A program made the translations under genes and the position numbers. 64,000 nucleotides of DNA, from positions 2,046,001-2,110,000 of the forward strand of contig CATNEN010000033.1 of the NCBI GenBank assembly GCA_950097015.1. Direction: 5' to 3'. Below the pieces are notes generated by a model. That model searched no databases. It was not told where the DNA came from and worked only from the letters and a program-made list of their open reading frames with translations. Positions within the stretch are counted from its first letter, which is position 1. Each line of letters starts with the position of its first letter. This document shows, piece by piece, positions 11,147 to 22,400 of the stretch. Source of the stretch: Macrostomum hystrix (Eukaryota > Animalia > Platyhelminthes).

Positions 11147-13359
11147 TGTTTTTTTTATCCGGGAGTCAATCATGGAGCATCACCAACCTGATCACTGATT
11201 CCACCCCACTCGTCTTCGGGATTCGCCTCCGTGGCTCGATTGCGAGGCAGTCTGGAAATCGAAGCATTGTTAGCGCAGTTTAAGTGCTTCTGGGTCTATT
11301 AGCGCCAAAATGCGCATCGATGGAACCCCATGAGTGAGGGGTGGGTGCGTGGCAGAGTGTCCCACTCTCACGACAAAGGCCGTGAATTGGATTCCGTGGT
11401 AAGGCCGCAATAAACAGTGAGATTGTAACACTGCCTGACGATGAGGAAGTCAGGGTGACAAGCATTGGGTCAGTGTGTTCTGCGTATCCTGTGCACATTT
11501 GTGTACAGAATGAACTAACAATGTATAACAATTATAACAAAATGTATAACAATTTAACTCCACTCACTTCTGGCTGATCCACATGTGGCTGCTGCGTATC
11601 GCCTAAAAGATTATCCTAAAAGAGGGAGAAAAGAGACTCACATTTCTGTTTGCTTGAGGGGACAGTCGGCTATTTAAAATCAGGGACCTTGATTGCTCGG
11701 AAGCACATTTTATTATTGAGTGAAATTCAATTAAGCATGCCATGTCTCTAAACTAACATAACTAACATAAAACTAACATAAAACTACATATTTGCGACTA
11801 TAGAGGCTTTCCTTTTTCTGTGATAATTTCTCTAGTTTCCTGGTTCTACTACTTTAAATTCATTCACAGTAAATTATAATTTTTTTTAAATTAATAAAAA
11901 GCTTATATAGAAGCAGACTTCACAATTCCACGTAGCCTTCAGAAAGCTAGTTGCTATGGGTACAACAGGAGGTGGGGATGCTTGCCCACCGGAAGTTTAC
12001 CCCTCCAGCTTTTCTGTAGATATTTCTTAGTTTTTGCTGTAGAATTGTCTGTTGACCGCAATGATTTGTCCAAAAGCTACATTTGTAAGGACCCTATACG
12101 GATAGAAATTTATCCAGTTATGCGCATGCGTTCATGCGTTATTGCGCATGAAAAGCGGTGTTATATTTTAAGTTTACATGCCTTTGCGCGATCCTTTTTG
12201 CATCTTAGAGTCGTTTTATATGCCTTTGGCTTCATGAAATAGCCTGTTGAAATATTACTTTTAAAACAAAGCTGGCGCGAATTCGAAATCAATACACATG
12301 CTGGAAGTAAATTAGAAGTTGGCTATTCGTAGGCCTAAGGTACCCACTCGCGTTACACCCTGTGAAGCCAATTCTGTGTTACAACACGAGCCTTCAAAGC
12401 GGTTCTCTGCGCGCAGCGGCGTAGCGATACGCGCAGCTTTAGCTTTCAAAGTCAATGCAATGCTTTAATATGGGGCACAAATGTACGTGCTTAAATATAA
12501 TATAATCATTGATGCTGTTAGATATCGTTTCAATGACTGACTCTTTTATAGAGTTACCAGGATCAATACAATCGATTCGATACAGTGTCTTTACAATTTA
12601 TTTGTATATTATTGTTTCCTATAGGCCTATTATTGCTAATTATAATTTGCTAGCTATTGAATGTTGGCCTACCTATGCCTAGCTAGATATGAATGGATGG
12701 CTATAGCCTATAGGCCTATAGCCATAGTTATAAACAGACCCCATGGCTCAGACCATAGTAGAAAGTTTAGCTAGCAAATATAGCTAGCTTCTAGCAAAAA
12801 TCTAGCTAAAAAGCATGTTCTGCTAGACATTAGCTAGAATGTTTTCCTAGCTAGGCTTGTTAAAGAACAGGCACAGCCCCAAGCCTAAGCTAATAGTGTG
12901 ATAGCTACTATTATGAGTACTATTATTAATATTTATTGCTAAACAGCAACACAAGTAAAATTTATAGTTTATTAGAAGCTGACATATTTAAATTTTATTA
13001 TCATATATATTTTTAACCATGAAATAATAATTCAATAATTTATTAATTCTTATATGGCTTAGATATATTCAAATATATATAGGCTCATGGACAGCTAGAT
13101 TATTGCCAAATAATTTTTCTTAGGAATAATAACTAATGACAAATATGTTTGTTTCTATATATTATATAAATATATATACTTTTTTGTTTCTTTTCCATTC
13201 CTTTTCTTCTATTCATTGCTCCTGTTCCTCTGGCTCATTTACTACCCTTGCTACTCTTCATCCTGCTACCTGTTCCTTTATCAACTGCTCTACTACTCCC
13301 TGTTCCCCTATCAACTCCTCCTCCACCCACTGTTTCTCTACCAACTGCTTCTTTACCCC

Positions 13360-14330
13360 CCTGCTCCTCTACCCTACTCTTCTACACCTTGCTCCTCTAC
13401 TGGCCCTGCCTCTCTACCCCTGCACCTCTACCCTACTCTTCTACACCTTGCTCCTCTACTGGCCCTTCTACTCTACCCCTGCACCTCTACCCTACTCTTC
13501 TACACCTTGCTCCTCTACTGGCCCTGCCTCTCTACCCCTGCACCTCTACCCTACTCTTCTACACCTTGCTCCTCTACTGGCCCTTCTACTCTACCCCTGC
13601 ACCTCTAACCCCTGCTCCTCTAACCCCTGCTCCTCTACCCCAGCACCTCAACCCCTGCTCCTCTAACCCCTGTTCCTCTACTGACCCTTCTACTCTACCC
13701 ATGCTCCTCTACCACAGCTCCTCTAACACTTTCTGTTCCTTGATAGTCCCCTCCCCCATCCTCCTCGGCATTCCTCCTGCCATCCTTGACAGTCCCCTCC
13801 CCCATCCTCCATGGCATTCCTCCTGCCATCCTTGACAGTCCCCTCCCCCATCCTCCTTGGCATTCCTCCCGCCGTCCTTGATAGTCCCCTCCCCCATCCT
13901 CCATGGCATTCCTCCCGCCATACTTGACAGTCCCCTCCCCATCCTCCATGGCATTCCTCATGCCATCCTTGACAGTCCCCTTCCCATCCTCCATGGCATT
14001 CCTTCCGCCATCCTTAATAGTCCCCTCTCCCATCCTCCTTGGCATTCCTTCCGCCATCCTTAATAGTCCCCTCCCCATCCTCCATGGCATTACTCCTGCC
14101 ATCCTTGACAGTCCCCTCCCCATCCTCCATGGCATTCCTTCCCCCATCCTTAATAGTCCCCTCCCCCATCCTCCATGGCATTCCTTCCGCCATCCTTGAC
14201 AGTCCCCTCCCCATCCTCCATGGCATTCCTCCTGCCATCCTTGACAGTCCCCTCCCTTATCCTCCCTGGCCTTGACAGTCCCCTCTCCTATCCTCCTTGG
14301 CATTCCTCCCGCCGTCCTTGATAGTCCCCT
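13360..14330. repeat. Pyrimidine-rich 59-bp and 45/46-bp minisatellites within the arm (mirrored at ~25549-26519)
   Basis: Units ...ctacaccttgctcctctactggccc... and gacagtcccctcccccatcctccatggcattcctcctgccatcctt. Confidence 0.9.
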
Positions 14331-14994
14331 CCCTCTTCCCAGCACCTCTTTCATTCCCCCTGCTTTTGAAAAATTGGCTGTTTTGTCTAAATTAAAAATA
14401 AAAAGGTACAACATCCTATTACCTATGTTTCCTTTCAGGAACATGTGGCTCTCGCTGGAAGTTTCTATAAGCACATCCTGTTCGACTTTTCCTGAGTCAA
14501 TTTTCGGTGCACATTCGAGATGCACATTTTCGGAGCCCTTGATCCTGTGCTCTGACGGATATTTCAGAGCTATGACTGCTCAGACTACAAAAGTACAGCC
14601 AGGGTTGACGTTGACTGTCAGTTTTTTTTAATTATAATATTTCGCTAGTCAGCGCGTAATGCTGATAATTGCATATCTTGAGAAACACTCTTGTAATTCG
14701 ACAGTATTTTCGCTATTTTACACTGAGTACACCATACCTTAAGCATTTCGCAGTTTGATGCCCTTTTTTATGATAAATATACTAGCTATTTGAAAGCCAT
14801 TAAACGATGCGCATACTTATATTATTCTCCTGTAAGGCGTACGTTTCAAACAATTTCTACAACAAATTCTCATCTTTCAGTGTTAGCAGCTGTACTCTTC
14901 AGCGGTTCAGTTGCCTGTCAAATTGTTTGGTTCTTTTATGGTTTCTGAACTATCTTCATGGCAAGATCCCAAACAGAATCCTCGCAACTGATCC

Positions 14995-15240
14995 CCATCG
15001 AGATGGGTTGCCACACATCCATCAGCGACCGGGTCCTGATCTCCATCATGCAGGGTTGCCACACATCCATCAGCGACCGGGTCCTGATCCCCATCATGCA
15101 GGGTTGCCACACATCCATCAGCGACCGGGTCCTGATCTCCATCATGCAGGGTTGCCACACATCCATCAGCGACCGGGTCCTGATCTCCATCATGCAGGGT
15201 TGCCACACATCCATCAGCGACCGGGTCCTGATCCCCATTG
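14995..15240. repeat. 48-bp minisatellite, 5 copies (mirrored at ~24639-24884)
   Basis: Unit gggttgccacacatccatcagcgaccgggtcctgatctccatcatgca. Confidence 0.95.
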
Positions 15241-15406
15241 TGCAGGAGGGTCACAAAGACTATAGCTATACTTATTGCAATTTAATTTTTAGGTATGTGT
15301 GAATAAAATAACAAAAATAACAATTAGTAATTGCTGCCATTTGTACAAGCCAAAACTGCTGACATGTGTATGAACTATTTTACATGCATGATACTTTAAT
15401 CAGCGA

Positions 15407-17080
15407 TGAATCATGGCTAAACCAGAGTCTGAATCATGGCAAAACCAGAGTCTGAATCATGGCTAAACCAGAGTTTGAATCATGGCAAAACAAGAGTTTG
15501 AATCATAGCTAACCAGAGTTTGAATCATGGCTAAACCAGAGCTTGAATCATAGCTAAACCAGAGCTTGAATCATAGCTAAACCAGAGTTTGAATCATGGC
15601 AAAACCAGCGTTTGAATCATGGCTAAACCAGCGTTTGAATCATGGCTAAACCAGCGTTTGAATCCTGGCAAAACAAGAGTTTGAATCATAGCTAACCAGA
15701 GTTTGAATCATAGCTAACCAGAGCTTGAATCATGGCTAAACCAGAGCTTGAATCATAGCTAAACCAGAGTTTGAATCATGGCAAAACCAGCGTTTGAATC
15801 ATGGCTAAACCAGCGTTTGAATCATGGCTAAACCAGCGTTTGAATCATGGCTAAACCAGCGTTTGAATCCTGGCAAAACAAGAGTTTGAATCATAGCTAA
15901 CCAGAGTTTGAATCATGGCTAAACCAGAGCTTGAATCATGGCTAAACCAGAGCTTGAATCATAGCTAAACCAGAGTTTGAATCATGGCAAAACCAGCGTT
16001 TGAATCATGGCTAAACCAGCGTTTGAATCATGGCTAAACCAGCGTTTGAATCCTGGCAAAATCAGAGTTTTAATCATGACTAAACCAGATTTTGAATCAT
16101 GGCTTAACCAGAGTTTGAATCATGGCTTAACCAGAGTTTGAATCATGGCTAAACCAGAGTTTGAATCATTGCTAAACCAGAGTCTGAATCATGGCTAAAC
16201 CAGAGTCTGAATCATGGCTAAACCAGAGTCTGAATCATGGCAAAACTGGAGTCTGAATCATGGCTAAACCAGAGTTTGAATCATGCCTAAACCAGAGTCT
16301 GAATCATGGCTAAACCAGAGTCTGAATCATGGCAAAACCAGAGTCTGAATCATGGCTAAACCAGAGTTTGAATCATGGCAAAACAAGAGTTTGAATCATA
16401 GCTAACCAGAGTTTGAATCATGGCTAAACTAGAGCTTGAATCATGGCTAAACCAGAGCTTGAATCATAGCTAAACCAGAGTTTGAATCATGGCAAAACCA
16501 GCGTTTGAATCATGGCTAAACCAGCGTTTGAATCATGGCTAAACCAGCGTTTGAATCCTGGCAAAACCAGATTTTGAATCATAGCTAACCAGAGTTTGAA
16601 TCATGGCTAAACCAGAGCTTGAATCATAGCTAAACCAGAGTTTGAATCATGGCAAAACCAGCGTTTGAATCATGGCTAAACCAGCGTTTGAATCATGGCT
16701 AAACCAGCGTTTGAATCCTGGCAAAATCAGAGTTTTAATCACGACTAAACCAGATTTTGAATCATGGCTTAACCAGAGTTTGAATCATGGCTAAACCAGA
16801 GTTTGAATCATGGCTAAACCAGAGTCTGAATCATGGCTAAACCAACGTTTGAATCATGGCTAACCTAGAGTCTGAATCATGGCTAAATTTGAATCAAGGC
16901 GAAACCAGAGTTTGAATCATGGCTACACCAGAGTTTAAATCATGGCTAAAACAGAGTTTGAATCATGGCTAAATTAGAGTTTGAATCATGGTAAAACGAG
17001 AGTTTGAATCATAGCCCACCAGGGTTTAAAACATGGCGAAACCTGAGTTTGAATCTTGGCTAACCCAGCGTTTGAAAAAT
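15407..17080. repeat. 23-bp minisatellite (gaatcatggctaaaccagagttt) with higher-order blocks
   Basis: About 70 units starting exactly at the inner end of the left arm. Confidence 0.95.
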
Positions 17081-17099
17081 CAACGTCAAACGGGGAGTC

Positions 17100-18322
17100 A
17101 TCATCAAAATGGGGATCAAGGTAAACTGGGGGATAATCGTCAACTGGAGGATCTTGGTAAACTGGGGGATAATTGTCAACTGGGGGATCATTGTCAACTG
17201 GGGGATCGTTGTGAATTGGGGGATCATTGTCAACTAGGGGGTAATGGTCAACTGGGGGATCATTGTCAACTGGGGATTCATCATCAAATGGGGGGTCATG
17301 GTCAACTTGGGGATCATTGTCAACTGGGTGATCATCATCAACTGGGGATCATCATCAACTGGGGATCATCATCAACTGGGGGATCATTGTCAAGTGGGGG
17401 ATCATTGTCAACTGGGGGATCATTGTCAACTGGGGGATCATTGTCAACTGAGTGATCTATGTCAACTGGGGGATCATCGTCAACTGCGGGATCATTGTCA
17501 ACTGGGGGATCATGGCCAACTGGGGGATCATTGTCAACTGGGGTATCATTGTCAACTGGGGTATCATTGTCAACTGGGGGATCGTTTTCAACTGGGGGAT
17601 CATCATCAACTGGGGGATCATTGTCAACTGGGGGATCATTGTCAACTGGGGGATCATTGTCAACTGGGTGATCATCATCAACTGGGGGATCATTGTCAAC
17701 TGGGGGAACATTGTCAAATGGAGGAACATTGTCAACTGGGGATCATCATCAATGGGGAGACTTCATCAACTGGGGGATCATTGTGAACTGGGGGATCTTT
17801 GTTAACTGGGGGATCATTGTCAACTGGGGGATCATCATCAACTGGGGGATCATTGTCAACTGGGGGATCATTGTCAACTGGGGGATCATTGTCAACTGGG
17901 GGATCATTGTCAACTGGGGGATCATTGTCAACTGGGTGATCATCATCAACTGGGGGATCATTGTCAACTGGGGGAACATTGTCAACTGGAGGAACATTGT
18001 TAACTGGGGATCATCATCAATGGGGAGACTTCATCAACTGGCGGATCATTGTGAACTGGGGGATCTTTGTTAACTTTGGGATCATTGTCAACTGGGGGAT
18101 CATTGTCAACTGGGGGTTCATCGTCAACTGGGGGATCATTGTCAACTGGGGGATCATTGTCAACTGGGGGATCATTGTCAACTGGGGGTTCATTGTCAAC
18201 TGGGGGATCATTGTCAACTGGGGGTTCATTGTCAACTGGGGGATCATTGTCAACTGGGGGTTCATTGTCAACTGGGGGATCATTGTCAACTGGGGGATCA
18301 TTGTCAACTGGGGGTTCATTGT
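17100..18322. repeat. 18-bp G-rich minisatellite (actgggggatcattgtca)
   Basis: About 65 units; explains the repetitive ORFs at 17033-18353. Confidence 0.95.
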
Positions 18323-18557
18323 AGCTTTAAAAAGCTGTAAATTCAGCTGCTAAAAAGTATATACTAGACGAATTAAAAGTATTTCTGCTCCCCGAAGGGG
18401 GGCAAAACTTGCTAGTACACCTATAAATCAAACGCTCTTGACTTACTGACTTAGCTGCAGGGTGCTCCGTACCGGCGGACGCAGCGAGGAGGCGGAGGGG
18501 ACCGCCCATTCCGCTAACCCCTCGCAAACCAGACGACCTCAGGAGAGGTGGTGTTGC

Positions 18558-21500
18558 TCAGGGTGGCCCGTCGGACTCGCCTGCAGCGTGGTCCTCCGCA
18601 CTGTCGGTGGGGAAGACGTTGGCTCGCCCCGTATCCCGTAGGTACCGGGCAAGCTGATGGATGCTCTCGGGCCTGCAAATCGGAGAGAGTTGGGTTAGGC
18701 CTAAGGTAGCTTTGCCCTGGTGAAAACTGATGAAGTGCTCGGCATTTTCGCTGCCCGAGCTACAAAAGGTGCATTTGTCCTCCAGGAGCTGGCCCTGGAG
18801 ATATCGATGCCGAGAAAAACAGCCATGCCCTGAGAGGGCCATGCTTACTGCGCGGAGATCTCTGCGGTTCAGCTTTAAGAGGGCTTTGTGCAGGCGGTGA
18901 GACGGACATGGGACCGCTGCCCTGGACTGCTTGCATTTCTGGGTCTTGGTCCATCTGTCCAGGTGCTGGGCCTCCATCCAGCGCTTCAGCTTGAGGTTGG
19001 TCACAGTGACGGGGATAGGAGCGCCAGGCCCTGGCCCCGCCAGGGTGCTGGCTGCTCCAGCTTTTGCGAGCTGGTCCGCCATCTCATTCCCTGGGAAGCC
19101 AGCGTGACCTGGGATCCATTTGAGCTTGACCTCGTTGGCCCGTGCCAGCCCGTTGAGCTGGGCGTTGCAGTCCAAGGTGGTCTTAGAGCACGGTCGAGGG
19201 CCCGGAGGGCGGCTTGACTGTCGGAGTGGAAAATGATCTTCCGGTCAGTGAGCCCCCTCTGGTGCAACTCTGCTGCACATGAACTGATAGCGAACATCTC
19301 GTTCTGAAGAACGCTGGAGTTTTTCCCAGTGTGCTGGGAGTGAGTCCAGGTGACCTCTCCTCCATTGTAGATACAGGCTCCTACAGGGTAGATACAGAAT
19401 CCCGAGATTCCGTTCATCAGGGAGCCGTCGGTATAACAGTGGATTTCAGGGTCGGTCCAGCTGTCGTTTGCCTCCTGGCAAGGCTGAATTTCGACCTTGT
19501 ACCTGTGGCTCAGGATCAGAGTGGCGGGTATTGCATCGGAGAGGATGTTGCACTCGCACTCACCAGAATCTTCAGGCACAGATCGGAGTGGGGAGTGAGA
19601 GAGCGCTTTTTGAAGGCTCTCGAGAAATTGAAAGTCACGCCGGCATCCATAAGGTGCCTATATGGTGCTCTTCGCGGCTTCTCCCTTGACGAAGATGTCC
19701 AAAGGAGTGGCTCCCAGGAAGGCGTTCATGCCTTCGAAGGGAGTGGAGGGTGAGGCGCCCATGGTCATGCGACAGGCTCTGCCCTGCACCCTGTAAAGCG
19801 CATCCAGGTTTCCCTGGGTACTCGTGGCGCTAGCCCAGATGAGGCTGGTGTACGAGATCGAAGGTCTGATGATCGTTGTGTAGATCCACCAGAGCATCTG
19901 GGGGGTGAGGCCCCAAGTGTTCCCAACGGCTCGCCTAAATGTACATGATCCAGCGGAAAAGGTGGGGGTGCGTGGCCCTAGATTTAAGGGCTCTACGAAA
20001 CGTTTCGAAACGGACGTTATCGAAGGCCCCCTCGATGTCGATGAAAAAGGAAAGGGCGAAGCTGTTACCCAGCACAGCCCGTTCCAGCTTTTCCACGATG
20101 GAGTGGAGGGCGCTCTCAGTGGACCTGCCAGCCCTAAAAGCGTGCTGGTTCTGAGAGAGAGGGAAACGCTTGAGCTCCCCAGAGAGAAGGCGCCAGAGCA
20201 CCAGTCTCTCAAGCAGCTTCAGGAAGGAGGGTAGATGCCGTAGATGAAGGAGGGGTAGGACCGGGTAGATGCCGTCCGGGCCCGGTGCTTTGTACGGATT
20301 AAAGAAATTTGCCGCACGTATGATGCGGTATTTGGTGACGAGAGACTTTGCTAGGCCTTGCCCGCCCACAGTGTGGTCTGGCTGGCCCTGCGCTGTCTGG
20401 ATGCTGGGGAAGAAATGCCCGAGCATGAGCTAGAGCGTTTAGTTTGGAGAAGCTGTCTTAAGTGAGCGCTTTTACCACGTCGGCAGTGGGGCGGGAGCCC
20501 TCAAGCCCTTCGCAGTATTGGCGCCACTTGGCCGCTTTTGCCCTTCTGACCTGGCCCTTGAACTCATGACTGGCATGAACATAGGCTTCTCTGTCTTCAG
20601 GGGTCCTGGTTTTTAGAAATATCCTCTGCAGAACCTTGGCTCGTCGTCTCAGGATTCCGGGCTCGGGGTTCCACCAGGGGGCAGATTTCTTGCCTTTATA
20701 GGCTTTGAGGGGACAGGCCGCCTCATAGGCATCGATGACCGTGCCTCCAAGCTTGGAGGCTATCTAGTCAGCTATGTTGCAGTTTGTGATGTCACCTGGG
20801 GTGCCGATGTCACGCAGACCCATGCTCAGCTCAAGGCCGAACCTGGTCCAGTCGGTGTTTCGGATGTTCCTGCTCCAGGTGATAGTTCTCTTCGGGGTAG
20901 CATTTACGACCTCGAAGCGGATGAGGCGATGGTCTGAGAGGGACTCCTCTTCTCCCCACACTCTCCAGCCGGATATCCTGGCGAGGACGCCCGGGGAGAC
21001 GAGGGTGCACATCGAGGACCTCTGACCAACGGCCATTGTCGAAAGTTGGGGTGCTTCTGGCATTGCAGAAGTTAAGGTTTGTGCCGCCGACGAAAGCAAG
21101 GAGCTCTTCGCCGCGGTCGTTGATGTTCTTACTACCCCAGTGCGAGTGGTGTGCGTTCACATCACCGGCAATGAGGAGCTCGAAGTTGTGCACATGCGCG
21201 TAATCGCAGAGAGCTACCAGCGCATCGCTGACCGTGGGGCATCGCCTGGCAGGTATACTGACGCCACCAGAGTAAACTTACGCTGCACTATGTGCAGGGT
21301 TTGGATCACGCAGATGTCCCCGGTGGCAGGTCGGGTCTCATCCACGCTTTTAGAGAATTTGCAGCAAAGATCAGCGATCTGGGGCGAGGGGTATCCGCCA
21401 TGCAAGAACAGTCAAATCCCGAAGGTATATTAGGTAGACTTACCTTTGGAAAGCCAGGGCTCCTGAACAAAAATGAGGCTCGGAAGCGTGCGCTCAGCCG

Positions 21501-22400
21501 TGCGCATCAGGTTAACCGTCTGATGGTTTCTGAGGGGATTGGGCCAGAAGGCCCTCTTCCTCCTCTTCCTCTTCCTCTTCCTCCTCACCCCGGGAAGGCG
21601 GCGGTTAGCGTTTCTGTTAAAACAGTCGCGCACTCGTCCGCTTCTCGGCACATCGAAATAGTGGGTGGTTGGCCCGAAGACCGATGGGTTGCCTCCAGGG
21701 CATGCCTGAAGGCTTCCCAATCAGTATTTCTGGCGTTCCGTCTCCACGTGATGTGGTTAAGGCTGCGAGCGCTCGCCACACGAAAGTGAATTAACTTATG
21801 GTCAGAGAGGGACGGCACCGGGAGCACGCGCCACTCCCCAATACTCTGAAAGAGCTTGGGTGATGCGAGTGTGGCGTCAATCACCTCTGACCAGCGACCA
21901 TTGTCGAAGGTAGGTGTAGACCCGGAGTTGCAGAACTCAAGGGTCGTAGAGGCAACATAGGACAGGAGGTCTTCGCCTCTCTGGTTTATCCCTGTGCTGC
22001 CCCAGTGGGTATGGTGGGTGTTGATATCGCCGGCGACCATGAGCTCGTAGTTCCTGGCAGAGCAGACTTCCGGGAGCGTCCGGGGGACGACCGCTGCGTC
22101 ACCTGGTAGGTAAACCGAGGCAACGAGGGTGGTCTTCCCAGGCAGCAGATCCTCAGATTGAATGACGCAGATATCCCCGTTAGACAGGTCGGATCTGAGC
22201 CAAGCACCGAGGGTTATGGCCCCGAAGATACAGGCTCTAGGTGGCCGGTTCGCCTCGCGGGGGCTAACGCAGAAGCAGTTGTACCCAGAGGGCACGTTTT
22301 GGGGCTTTACCTTTGGAGCTGGGCCCACCGGTGGCGCCGCCAGTCGCCCTAGGCTGGGCAACTCGCCTTGACTGGCCGGAGACCTCCCTCATGAGGTGGG
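18558..22400 (-). pseudogene. ORF2 of the retrotransposon (two APE domains, RT with internal deletions, RNase H), frameshifted
   Basis: APE1 ~22400-21590 (GDIN, TPTF, SDH). APE2 ~21500-20770 (QEPW, GDVN, SDH). Tether PWWN ~20670. RT KAPGPDGI, QHAFRAGRST, DIEGAFDNV. RNase H YTDGS, NEMFAI, SDSQAAL, WIPGH, GNEMADQLAK. C-terminal SGHG...CTFC...EHF. Confidence 0.85.

Larger units (their letters stand above)
3688..11163 (+). mobile_element. Full-length EnSpm/CACTA (CMC)-type DNA transposon, 7,476 bp
   Basis: Perfect 17-bp TIR CCCGGATAAAAAAAACA (3688-3704 / 11147-11163) with imperfect extension to ~45 bp. 2-bp TSD AG (3686-3687, 11164-11165). Subterminal repeats at both ends. Internal Tnp2-family transposase plus a second ORF. 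Confidence 0.9.
12136..15406 (+). repeat. Left arm of a 3,271-bp inverted repeat (partner 24473-27743)
   Basis: Reverse-complement identity from gcgttattgcgcatg (12136) to taatcagcga (15406). The mirrored ORF track is nearly identical; only a few substitutions and 1-nt indels seen. Confidence 0.95.

Noticed and set aside
11325-11400. tRNA-like or SINE head (tggcagagtg...gaattggattccg)
   Set aside because: The A and B boxes are too degenerate and no cloverleaf could be drawn.
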